Below, one piece after another: positions 1 to 10,951 of a stretch of 64,000 bases of DNA. This DNA comes from Zancudomyces culisetae HAW-14-8 (lineage: Eukaryota > Fungi > Kickxellomycota), in the NCBI GenBank assembly GCA_052426225.1, contig JBNJNM010000008.1, positions 1,116,001 to 1,180,000 on the forward strand, written 5' to 3'. Under the pieces are notes generated by a model. That model was not told the DNA's origin. It searched no databases and was given only the letters and a program-made list of their open reading frames with translations. The position numbers were made by a program, and so were the translations under genes. Position 1 is the stretch's first letter. Every line of letters starts with the position of its first letter.

Positions 1-128
1 AACCATTTACTAAATACACTCTAGTATCAGTCTACTCGGTATTTTGGCTATAACGACAAAAACAAAACTAAAAATATAGATATAAATAAAAATAAAAATA
101 AAGTGTCGAGACAGGAATCTCCATAGCC

Positions 129-1430
129 CTATTGTGAATCAATGCTTCGAATATAATTTCCTACACCTTCAATACATGCGTGTTTCTCATTTGCTGCTTC
201 AATGAAAAAGAAGATATGTCCCATTCCTGCATACTTTTCATAGACATTTCTCTTTCCTTGCTCTGTTCCTGGGTGCTTTCTTCCAACAATAAATCTTTCT
301 TTAAGTCCTAGCTTGCTAGCAAACGCGTCAATATCATCAACTAAAAGCTCAACCTCGCCACTGATTACCATCATTGGTGCAAGTCCAGTAAAATCAGCAA
401 ATGTGGGTGAGACCATTGGATCATTCAACATTTTCTTTACGTAGTCGTCGTATTCTCTACCAGGTGCCACGTACATGCGGACATTACACTTAATATATTC
501 GGGTCTATCTTGCATAATAAAGTCCAAATCCACATTTCTTGTATAGCTTTCGCCAGGCAGGTTCAAATCTACCCAAGGTGAGTGAAGTATGGCACATTTT
601 GGTTGTGGTTGTCCAGCACTTCTTAGATTGATCATTACTGTAAGACACATGTTACAGCCAGCACTATCTCCTGAAATTATGATGTTCTCATGCTTGTATC
701 CCAAATTAATTAGATGCTGGAAAAACAAATATCCATCATATATTCCTCTTGGGAATGGATCCTCAGGAGCCAATCTATAATATGGTAGGAATACTCTGTA
801 TCCTGTCTCTTTACAGATATCTGCACCAAACGCACGGTATGCCGAAGGTGCCTCAAGGCAGAATCCACCACCATGGTAGTGAATAATCACCTTCTCATCT
901 TCATGCAGTGGACTCATTCCCAATGCACTATCCAAGTCTATATTTTGCTCTTCCAAACGAGCAATAAAATCATTTGATGCCACAACTTCAGTATAGAGTT
1001 CACGTGGGGTTTTACTTTCAGCTAACTTCTGGTCGCTGGCACACAACTCCTTAAATAAATCGGAGGGTGGAATAAACAGACTTTTGGCGCTTATTTTCCA
1101 GTAATGGGTAGTGAACTTCCCCTTTTCGCTGATGCTTGGAGAGTCAAAATCTCGCAGTGGCGCCATTGATTTGCCTATCTGTTCTGCATTAAAATTTTCA
1201 CTAGTAGTAGGACCATGTCCCGAATCACCGTCGCTCAGCAGTCTTTTAAGCTCGGCCTTGACTCGTGTGATAGCTACTTGTGTCTCTAGTGTCCAACTAG
1301 GAAGCTTTGGCCCATTTTCTATAAAGCTTCTTTTTGCGTCTTCCATAACCTTCTCCATATCTGACAGATACTTGTCTTGCTCCTCCTTTCCCAAGTGTTT
1401 GGGGAATGCGACACCATAAAGATCTGACAT
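129..1430 (-). CDS. Alpha/beta hydrolase, hormone-sensitive-lipase-like esterase family
   Basis: 433-aa intronless ORF with HGGG oxyanion motif, YRLAPE, GDSAG nucleophile elbow, GEVE and GMGH acid/His motifs. Confidence 0.9.
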   Translation of the reverse strand: MSDLYGVAFPKHLGKEEQDKYLSDMEKVMEDAKRSFIENGPKLPSWTLETQVAITRVKAELKRLLSDGDSGHGPTTSENFNAEQIGKSMAPLRDFDSPSISEKGKFTTHYWKISAKSLFIPPSDLFKELCASDQKLAESKTPRELYTEVVASNDFIARLEEQNIDLDSALGMSPLHEDEKVIIHYHGGGFCLEAPSAYRAFGADICKETGYRVFLPYYRLAPEDPFPRGIYDGYLFFQHLINLGYKHENIIISGDSAGCNMCLTVMINLRSAGQPQPKCAILHSPWVDLNLPGESYTRNVDLDFIMQDRPEYIKCNVRMYVAPGREYDDYVKKMLNDPMVSPTFADFTGLAPMMVISGEVELLVDDIDAFASKLGLKERFIVGRKHPGTEQGKRNVYEKYAGMGHIFFFIEAANEKHACIEGVGNYIRSIDSQ

Positions 1431-2829
1431 TTTTAGCTTTTGCTTTAAGCTTGTTTGTTGAAATCGTATATGACCAAAGAAAAGAAAAGAAAATTTTATT
1501 GAATATTCAAAACTCGAATAATAGATAGAACCAACTTGTAGGATGAAATAAACCGCGCTTTTGCTTCACCCACTTCTTCTACTTTTATACTATTTTTTAA
1601 CTACTTTCAAGTTAACAAGTAGCAAAAGACCAAGCGTTTCAGATACCAAACGTATTGTTAGGGTATCTTATTCCTTGATGAAATATTCCAATGCATGTGA
1701 ATATTATCATACCAAAAACGAGATTTGTTTTATTAACTTTTTCCTTTTTTCCTTCATCAAATACTTGTGAAAAGTAAACGAAGGCTAGTTTTGTAACCAT
1801 ATTTTCGGAAACTAATAAGCGTTTCGAAATTCAACGTACTATTATTCTTTTTGTTTCAGATATTGTTGTCAATAGTAAGTTTATTTTTTCTTTATATTTG
1901 TGACTAAAGAGGAGACGATTAGCAATATTAGGCTATTCTGGTCAACGAGAATGTATAATAAACTATCAGTAATTATTGGTATTGTCTAAATCTAGGAGTG
2001 GTCCACAGAGTTAATCAAGAGAATTGTCTTGAAAGCAGAAAATAAACTTTAAAATGTTGTCCGAAATATATAAACTTGATAAATTAGCTAAATAAGAACT
2101 ATTGGCCATTTATAAGCAAACAAAAGGACAATATTATCACTGTTACATCCAAATGTGTATATTGCATTCCTGATGCATGTTTCACAATGTTTTTTCCCTT
2201 GTGCTGATTTCCTTCATGATCTGGTTAAACTATTAAAGATTCAAGAACCCAAACCCAAGAAAGTTTGCCCTGGTTTCATGTCTATTTTTGGAATAAACTG
2301 GCACAATTCGTAAAATTAGGAAGGGTAGGGGAAAAGGTCAGACCTGTTTCAAATCAATAGAACCCCGGGTAATCTTTTATTTTGATATGTTGGGAATAAT
2401 TGGTGCATAGACCATTATTCAAGATAGTCTTCAAAACATAGTACTATCTCCAACAGGTTCCCCTGGATATTTGTAACTGTGCTGTAGAAAACAAAACTCT
2501 CTTGGCCAAACAGACATGGGTAAAATTAAAGGGTGCGCACCACCAATCTGAGCTAATTCTTTGCTTGAACTCTAACGATTTGACCTTTACACCAGAGTTA
2601 GTTATATCAGTTGCATTGATCCACTGGAAAAGATATAAATTTATTTGAAAATGAGTATTTTATGAGCTTTAGATGCCTTCCTGAGTAAAGAAATAATAAT
2701 TAACTAATAATACGATTCACCTCCTGGGTGCTAGAATAAAAGAATAAGCAATTTAATAAAATTAAAAAGAGAAGGAATGGACCCCGTACTTAAGATAGGT
2801 AGATAGACGGGTAGCACAAAGAAATGTGT

Positions 2830-5800
2830 CTACTGGTAGTAATTCTTTTTACCGTGTCTTTTTGAAAAGTATGCACCGATAGGACCAATAACGACTAGAA
2901 CCTCCCACAATATTCCAACAATCATATTCACAAAGCAGAATATCCACATAAACCACCTAAACTTGGTGGGATAAACGTTATTTCCCTGGGGGATATTATA
3001 TGGTTCGATGTATGGCTTTGGTGGTTTATATCCCAACTCTTGCAAAACATCCTTATCACCACAGTTCATTCTGTAAATGCATCCAAGGGCATTTGGTGGT
3101 AGCAGAACAATGACGGTCAGCAGCGAAATAAAGGCCAAATAGATTATAACTAGGACGTAGTTTCTAAACCAGAATCGACGGAATTTATAACCAAAGTTGT
3201 AGATAAACCCACTGTTGACAAACTGGAACATAATGATAATTCCCATAGTCATAGCTTCATAGTTGTCGCCAAGCAACCACCACTGTTTAAAGTCAATTGT
3301 GGAAGCATCCAGTTCGTGGCACCTATACCAAGGCTGTCTGTATAGGATAATGAAACAGACCACCATAAAAATCCAATTTATCACAACCTGGCCCACAGTA
3401 GAAAGCATGGTTGTAGGACCAAACAAACGGGCTGTAGGTCTGATATTGGCTAGTTTTTCCACAGGCTTGCTCAGCGAAATTGACAAGGACATACCAACAG
3501 TAATGAATCCATCAATAGTTATCCATACCGATTGAGAAATGGTTGATGAAAAATACATAGAAAAGAGTTTAAACATGGCCATGGTTTGGCCATAAAGCAT
3601 CAAGAACTTGTAGTTGGCAAATGAAGTTGCTAGCGCACCTCTGCCCTGACTCAATAACTCTACACACGAAAACACGCTCTTTTTGGCAGTACTAAATGGT
3701 GAGACAATAGAAGCTTCAGAGTTTGACATGGCCAGCCCCACATGTGCAACACGTAAAGCGCCACAATCATTTCCTCCATCGCCACACATTGCAGTAATCC
3801 CGTACTTCATGTGTAGCTTGATACAATCAACCTTATCCTTTGGTGTCATTCGCCCGAAAATTCTTGTATTCATCAAAATGGATTTGTCCAGCTTTCCTGC
3901 GCTGTGTAGCCTGTTGAAGGCTCTACTGGTAAGTGCTAAGTCATATGGCTCGCTTCCTGACTGTTCAAGTTCGTGTATATCGACACTTTGCTCTGTATCC
4001 ACATCAGTCCATGCAACCGTATCTGTGTTTTGAATGTCATTAGGAGACTCGTTGGGTCTATTTTGTGCTTCGGATTCAGAAACATCACCCAAGATCACTC
4101 TTCTTCCATAATTGATCATTCCCGACTTCCTTGCTATGTTTATTCCTGTTAGTGTCGCATCACCTGTAATCATTACAACTCTGGTATTTGATTTCTTTAT
4201 CTCATCTATTGCTGCACCAGTATCCTCTTTCAGTAGGTTCTTGAACAAGATCAAACATACCAAATTCAAGTCACATTCGATTTCATCCCTGTTCCACTCA
4301 CCCGAATCTCCGTTTTCATCAGTATCTAGCATGGTGTTTACAGCCTTTTTTGCAGTCTGAGTTTCATCTATTACCTTGTGAGCAATTGCTAGAACATAAC
4401 AACCTTGCTTTGCATAAAATTCTGCTATCGAGTGGTAGTTTGCTGGGATTGATCCCGGGTTACACTTTTCAAGAATCTTTTCAAAGGATCCTTTAGCAAA
4501 TACGTGCAAAAGACGTGAATTGGCTGAATTTGGATACCTTACAACCACACTCATTGATTGTCGGTGGTGAATAAATTCAAATTGCTTGACAACCTCAGCA
4601 TGATCGGTAATGAAATTTGCGTTTGATTTTACATCTTGAGGTGGGCTGACTATAGCTTTACTGCTATCAGATTCGTTTAGCTTAATTGTACGGTGTGTAT
4701 TTGTAAACATCTCAACATCTACTGGGTTTCCTATCAATTTTCCATCAAGCTCTGTTACAGAGTGGCAAGTACCCAATGCAAGCTCAGTCAATGCGCCAAA
4801 ATCCTTGACATTATCGGCTAACGTGTCAGTTAGCTCTTTAACAGTACTGGGATTTCCTAGATTCAACATGTTTTCAAGATTAGAGTCACGCCCATATTCC
4901 GTTTGTACGAGGCCATAAAAATCCAATCCTTCCTTTGTCAATGTCCCTGTCTTATCAAAACAAAATATTTGAATTTTTCCAGCAAGCATTACCCTTGGAA
5001 CATCGACACAGTGCACTCCCTTCTTTCTTAGACGCTGAACAGCAACTGTTTGTCCAATAACCAGAGCAGCAGGCAAAATAGGACTTATAATTTCGATAAG
5101 TGCGTAAATAGCCGAAAACCATGAACCAACAGGACTGTACTTCAGCAAGTACAATGCAAGACAGAACCAAATAATACCCTGGATTCCCAAGATGGTCATA
5201 ACCACTTTTATCTCAATGTTGAAGATAAATAAGATTTCTGCCGGATACAATATTTTCTGTATCATTTGGCCCTTCTCAGTGGTGATTCCAGTAGCAGTAA
5301 CCAGCCCATAGGCATGTTTTTTGTTTGATGGGTTGCTCTGTAAAATACGAGTTCCAGCTAAAATTGTGTTTAGTTTTCCTGAGGATAATTTTTCATAAAC
5401 ATTGTCGTCATCTTTAACGGGGAATTTTCTCACTGGCATTGCCTCGCCTGTCAATGAGCACTCATCCACAACCACGTCTCCGGATACTAATACACAGTCA
5501 CATGGTGAAAATTTATCGCCCTCAAGTACCAGCATATCTCCAACCACCAGATCTGTAGTGCTTATTTCTGTAACTGCTCCATTCCTGATAACATGGCAGA
5601 TATCTTTATGTTCGGCAAGGTCTCTCAATCTCATTGTTGCTTTAACACCAGTTATTACTTTGATCAGGATTGAAACCAATATTACCACAGTGTTAACTAT
5701 ACCGATTTGCCAGTATGCATAGTAATAGAAAAGCCAAAGCATCATAAATTGATAGATATAGAAAAATCCCATAACCTCGTTGAACAATGCTCTCGGGTAG

Positions 5801-7209
5801 CTTGGAACGTGTACTGGAACAAAATTTGGTCCTATTCGTTCTAGCCTCTCTGTTGCCTCTTCCGAGGTTAGACCGCCGACATGTTGGAGAAGTTCTCTGT
5901 TGGTTTCACCAAGATCGTATGTGATGGGTAGATATGTGGCCTCTTGTTCATTATAGACATACCGCACACTATTATACACAAAGTATCTGGTTCCATTTGT
6001 TCCTTTCATGATTTTGTATGTTTGCACAATCATTTCTTTACCGAATCGATCTTTATACCACTTTTCCCACTTCAGCACCAATCTTACAAGGAATGAGTAC
6101 TTGATGTTTTGTAGTACTGTTGGATCCTTTTTTTGTTCGACTTGAACATAATCACCTTCTTTTAGGGTGGTATTAATTCGGAAAAAGTTCAAGATTCGTT
6201 CGCGGAACACCAAAAGAACAATAACCCATACAAGCAAAAACGACCATACCACTATGAAATACTGTCCAAGACAGTCATAATTTGCGTAAAATAGCCCTGC
6301 TCCAACGCCATTTAAAAGTCCATAGTAATCCAGACATAGTGTAAAGAGAAATGATGTACATAGTGCCATCGTTAAGTATATGTTATATAGGCCGATTTTT
6401 CCTAGAGTGTTTGATTTGTACGATTTGATTTTAAAGTATCCCAAGTCCACGCTGGTTGATGAAAACAAAGTGGAGCTCGCCCTTCGTCCATCGATGTGGT
6501 TACCATAGCCTTCTTTTTCATAATTATATACTCTATCATTTTCTACTTTTGGTGGTGTTTTATCGCCACTAACAAAAATTGAGTTGCTGTTTTTGTATGC
6601 CACATCCTTTTTCCTAATTGCACTTTCTGTTGACTGTTTGTAGAATAGCCAGGAAATAAATGTAACAAATTGCAGAGTTACTGTTGTCCAGAACGCAATA
6701 AACATGGGTTCTTTTAGTGTAACCTTTGGTGGGGCGACAGCAGGGCAATCCAAAAATATTCTGCTTGCTTCCGAGTCGAGACTCCAGTCGTCAATCTCAC
6801 TGATACCAAGAGCATTTAGGCAGGCGTTTTTTGTTATCGATGAATCCGATGCGTTAAAGTTTTGAACTCTACTCGCAATATAATCACCACAGGGGTACAT
6901 TGCTTTTACGTTATCCGAAAGCAGCGTAAGGTCCTGTTTACAATAGCATGGCGAAGATGTTACGCCAGCGCATGTCTTCTTACAGGTGCCATCTTGACAG
7001 TATGTTAGTCCCTTACCACAACTGGGTTTGGTACCTTCCGGACAATTAGAAATATCAGTAACACAAATAAGTGGGCAGGAAAGTCTGTTTAGAGTTGGTA
7101 GTGGGCATTTCTGCCCGTTGACATCAACACTGTTGACTTGGTTAAATGCGGGCGTTGCTAATGAATGCCTGAGCAGACAAAGTAGGGGTATAAGCACAAA
7201 TTTAATCAT
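2830..7209 (-). CDS. P5-type (ATP13A/Kil2-like) P-type ATPase with N-terminal signal peptide and Cys-rich domain
   Basis: 1459 aa. LTGE A-domain motif, FDKTGTLT phosphorylation site, KGSFE, MITGD, MCGDGGNDCGAL; TM4 SPILPAAL resembles the P5 PPxLP motif. Confidence 0.9.
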   Translation of the reverse strand: MIKFVLIPLLCLLRHSLATPAFNQVNSVDVNGQKCPLPTLNRLSCPLICVTDISNCPEGTKPSCGKGLTYCQDGTCKKTCAGVTSSPCYCKQDLTLLSDNVKAMYPCGDYIASRVQNFNASDSSITKNACLNALGISEIDDWSLDSEASRIFLDCPAVAPPKVTLKEPMFIAFWTTVTLQFVTFISWLFYKQSTESAIRKKDVAYKNSNSIFVSGDKTPPKVENDRVYNYEKEGYGNHIDGRRASSTLFSSTSVDLGYFKIKSYKSNTLGKIGLYNIYLTMALCTSFLFTLCLDYYGLLNGVGAGLFYANYDCLGQYFIVVWSFLLVWVIVLLVFRERILNFFRINTTLKEGDYVQVEQKKDPTVLQNIKYSFLVRLVLKWEKWYKDRFGKEMIVQTYKIMKGTNGTRYFVYNSVRYVYNEQEATYLPITYDLGETNRELLQHVGGLTSEEATERLERIGPNFVPVHVPSYPRALFNEVMGFFYIYQFMMLWLFYYYAYWQIGIVNTVVILVSILIKVITGVKATMRLRDLAEHKDICHVIRNGAVTEISTTDLVVGDMLVLEGDKFSPCDCVLVSGDVVVDECSLTGEAMPVRKFPVKDDDNVYEKLSSGKLNTILAGTRILQSNPSNKKHAYGLVTATGITTEKGQMIQKILYPAEILFIFNIEIKVVMTILGIQGIIWFCLALYLLKYSPVGSWFSAIYALIEIISPILPAALVIGQTVAVQRLRKKGVHCVDVPRVMLAGKIQIFCFDKTGTLTKEGLDFYGLVQTEYGRDSNLENMLNLGNPSTVKELTDTLADNVKDFGALTELALGTCHSVTELDGKLIGNPVDVEMFTNTHRTIKLNESDSSKAIVSPPQDVKSNANFITDHAEVVKQFEFIHHRQSMSVVVRYPNSANSRLLHVFAKGSFEKILEKCNPGSIPANYHSIAEFYAKQGCYVLAIAHKVIDETQTAKKAVNTMLDTDENGDSGEWNRDEIECDLNLVCLILFKNLLKEDTGAAIDEIKKSNTRVVMITGDATLTGINIARKSGMINYGRRVILGDVSESEAQNRPNESPNDIQNTDTVAWTDVDTEQSVDIHELEQSGSEPYDLALTSRAFNRLHSAGKLDKSILMNTRIFGRMTPKDKVDCIKLHMKYGITAMCGDGGNDCGALRVAHVGLAMSNSEASIVSPFSTAKKSVFSCVELLSQGRGALATSFANYKFLMLYGQTMAMFKLFSMYFSSTISQSVWITIDGFITVGMSLSISLSKPVEKLANIRPTARLFGPTTMLSTVGQVVINWIFMVVCFIILYRQPWYRCHELDASTIDFKQWWLLGDNYEAMTMGIIIMFQFVNSGFIYNFGYKFRRFWFRNYVLVIIYLAFISLLTVIVLLPPNALGCIYRMNCGDKDVLQELGYKPPKPYIEPYNIPQGNNVYPTKFRWFMWIFCFVNMIVGILWEVLVVIGPIGAYFSKRHGKKNYYQ

Positions 7210-9369
7210 GCTTTGGCTGATCTAGTTGGTGTTTTGCTGTTTTCTTAATTTTATCTTTTTGTATCTTTACAGAATATTTAATATTGTTACTTTACGATCG
7301 AAATAAAATAGCTGCTGATATGTGTGCACACTTGACTGTTGATAAGGCTGTGTTACTTGTTGGAAAAAGCAGAAAGGATATGTCTATATAATGATATATA
7401 TATGTATTTGTGAGCGTATAACAGGCCTAAAATCCGTTTATATTATCATACACCTTTTTTCCCTATTAAATTCCTGTTTCTTTGACCTGAAACTTTTGAT
7501 TATTTTTTCCTTACTATAAACACATATGCCATTCACAAATCCCCAAGACAAATAGAAAATGATAGCAAAAAAGATTTATTTTGTTTTTGACTTGATTCGC
7601 ATTTTTCCCAGTATATTTTTAAAGAGCCCAGATTATGAAATACGTGTGTTGAGCCCTCCTTTACCTGTCACAACTGGAATGGCACTGGTTCCAACCACGG
7701 CTTTGTCTCGTTTCAACCCTTGATTTTTTCAAAATTTTTTTTGTTTTCTAAACAAAATCATATCTTATTTTTCATTGATGTTTTGAATCCAAAAAGCCAA
7801 TAACTTGAGAACAGTCAGCAAATCCATTGGTTAATACTCATTTTTAGTTTGGTTTTAGTTGATTCGCAACTAAACCTCGCAAATAAATACGATTAGAAGG
7901 GATCAAAATACTCCCATACTATTGCCCTGACTGTTTCTCTATTGGGCAGTTATCTGTATTAGGACACTCTCTTTTAACTTGGCTAATACGAGCCATGTGC
8001 AAAAATAATAATCAATAATTTCACGTTCCGTTTTTTTCCCAAGCCATATAAAAATGAAATTCTATTAGTTCGATAAAAATTTAGTACTACTGAAATTACG
8101 TATATGTTGCCCACTTAGAAATTGGTCAGGTTGGTTTTAGCTCTTAAATAGGGTCTGTTGCCATTCCCTTTTCTTTGCCATTTCCCTTTGCTCATTCGTT
8201 TATTTTTTGGATTACAGCATTTAAATGTTAAATGTATGCTCTTGCCCAGAGAATGAGCTTTTACCAAGAAAAGCAAATAGATCAAACTTTCCGAATTTAG
8301 TTTAAAGTCATCTTAGCAGCATCTATTCATGATAAAATTGACCTTTGATTATAGGTAATACCTTGATATCCGGACTCTTGTTTCACCTATTGTGCATCTG
8401 GCTGTTGTCTTTTTAGTTGAAGTTAGGTGATTTAGTTAGATGATATGTGCGGATTAAAAAACAACTTTGTAGATTTTCATTCAAATATTTGCTGCCTAAA
8501 TAATGTACCGTTTAATTCTGATTTACACAAACACAGTTTCTGCAAACACCATTGGTAGAAACTGGCCAAACAGAGGAATGATTTGCAATAATTGAGCGGA
8601 AAGCACAAAATTTATCCTTGATCTTTCTATTAACGATAATTTTTTGTATGAAATGGCAATCTATATCCTGTATATTTGCCAATTATCTTCACTGCAGCCT
8701 TTTAAAATATAATATATGGATAAAATTGATAACAACCCATAGTTTTTATTGATATTGTTTAAAAGTTAGATAAATAAGTATATGAAACAGTCAATATTTT
8801 AGGCATCAAAAGCCAAAGAAATGAGGCATAGTTTATCGCATGCAAATATGAAAAGACATGCCACTTTCTTTTATTGTCTATGTGTGATGGGGGGGCTATT
8901 TGAACTAACACTCGCCTTGGTAGACCAAATCGGCTTTATAGTATTGTTACATAGCAAGCAATTTTGTTTATACAATTGGAAAAATCTGAAAAATCTGAAA
9001 AAATACAAAACAAAATGGATCACAAGCACAATTAAAGACTACCAGATAGGTCCAAAATACCAAGGACTGGAATTCTAGGCTTTTTTTAATCTCAAAATTG
9101 AAGCAGCTAAATTATCTATAGCAATCCAGCGAGTCAGAGATGGTTGAGGGGAGAAGAAAAGGTGGATTTCAGAATCCATGGGAAATATACTAACAGTAAT
9201 TCGTGTGTATATGTAAGTGTAATACCTCACCTTTTCTTTGCATAACCTAAACTAAAAACACAATCAGTTTTTAGTGAAATATGAAAACTCATCTGCAAAT
9301 AATTAGGAGACAGGCGTTTGTTACACTCCATATGCTAATATTCCTTTAATGGTGTGATGTGGCGTTATC

Positions 9370-9725
9370 ATTCTAAAAGATTATACTACTCTGTTTATTC
9401 ATATATAATTTTTAAAGTTGAAGAGAGAAGTGTATTGGTGTGTAGAAAGCGGCTCAAATCTCATTCAGGTTTACCATTCTGTCATTTATTTTTATTAGGA
9501 AATCATCCACACAGAAAAGGGAAGTATTCAGGTATACGCTAATGACGAAGCAGGATCAGTTGAAGGAAGGTTTGAGAAATTACAAAGATATGGGAGTAAC
9601 TACCATTACGCAGATATATGTATGCTCACTCAGGCAGTAGTCCATTCTGAAGAGCTCAGAGTAAATACTTAGGATTCATTTTTGTGAAAAAGACATTTGT
9701 AAACTACCAAAGAAAATGATTGATT
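9370..9725 (+). pseudogene. Possible decayed reverse-transcriptase relic of a DIRS-like retrotransposon
   Basis: Ordered motif remnants across frameshifts: FKVE, NLIQVYHSV, VFRYTLM, LKEGLRNYKDMGV, SILK..KYLGFIF..ICKLPKK. Catalytic YLDD not recognisable. Confidence 0.35.
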
Positions 9726-10383
9726 GACACTAGGCACTTACAAAGAATCCCTCCCCTCATCTATTGATAGGTCTAGTGGTGAAAAAAAAAGCAAAACCAA
9801 GTGACTGAGAACCAAGCTAGGTCTGTAGTGCACCAATAAGCATACACAGGTCGATTTAAGCGCATACACACACAGACGTATTAAAAAAAACAAAATGAAC
9901 TGCATATGATTCTCTGCACAATTGTAAGATCAGTTGCGGGGCTTTAATAACCGTCAAAAACACGTCACTAGGTATTAATCAACCCAGGTCTATTTGATAA
10001 TCCGAGAATAATTCCGTCATTATAATATTTATGTGTTGTTTTTATACGCGTCATGATCGATGTGTGGTATGCAGCTTTGCTCTAGCCCGACCCCCATCCC
10101 CCGATATATTGTCCGGCGAATGTGTTTGTATTTTTACCCACACATGTAGTAAACCGTTCACATCGAATTTATTGGATGTGTATTTGATTAATTTGTTTGA
10201 GAGTTCTCGCCCTGTTTTCCCAAAAATTTATCAAAAAAAATTTTTCTTTACCAATAAAACGCGAGGTTAAAGTTTGTATAGAAAATCGTTATAATAAATA
10301 GAAAAAGATCAACATCTTTGCCACAAGCTCTGGAAAACTCTAAAAGTACGGAATTCAAAAAAAACGTTAACTTCAATACAGCA

Positions 10384-10896
10384 ATGGTTAGATTCAAAAA
10401 CAGATACATTTGTTTCGAGATTGAATTTGAGGAGGCACTGCATAGCAGGCTACTATCAGAAAAACAACCTCAGCCAAGTAATGCGCTCAGCATGTATGAA
10501 ATCGAAGGAAAGATTAAAACAACAATTAGCCAGAATTTTGGGGATGTTGGGTACGGGCTGATACTAGGAAATATGAATGTAAAATATTTTAGCCCAGTTA
10601 CAAAATTGGGTATACTGAGAGTTGCAAGGGATCATTACAGGATGGTGTGGATGGCAATGACACTGATCAGAGATTTCAACACAGATAGTAAGTCAAACAT
10701 GAACGCCAAAATCAGGGTTATCCACGTCAGTGGGAGCATAAGAAAGTGCCAGGTCGCTGCGATTAAACACGATAGAAATGTCATTTTACGATTATACGCG
10801 AAAAAGGATAAGGAAATCTCTGATATAGAAACAGATTTTAAGGCAAAAGAATTAATCCAGCAATCCGAAAACACCATAAATGCACTAGACATTTAA
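10384..10896 (+). CDS. POP5: RNase P/MRP subunit Pop5 (Rpp14/Pop5 family)
   Basis: MVRFKNRY N-terminus (likely true ATG at 10384), NFGDVG, VKYFSPVT, IRVIHVSGSIRKCQ. Confidence 0.92.
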   Translation: MVRFKNRYICFEIEFEEALHSRLLSEKQPQPSNALSMYEIEGKIKTTISQNFGDVGYGLILGNMNVKYFSPVTKLGILRVARDHYRMVWMAMTLIRDFNTDSKSNMNAKIRVIHVSGSIRKCQVAAIKHDRNVILRLYAKKDKEISDIETDFKAKELIQQSENTINALDI

Positions 10897-10951
10897 GAAC
10901 GACACAGTGACATAGAATAAATATTAAAGAGAGGAGCAACGATACTGTGAT

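Noticed and set aside
2240-2360. DIRS RT N-terminal-like PGFMSIF...KVRPV
   Set aside because: Spacing is wrong and there are no supporting downstream motifs.
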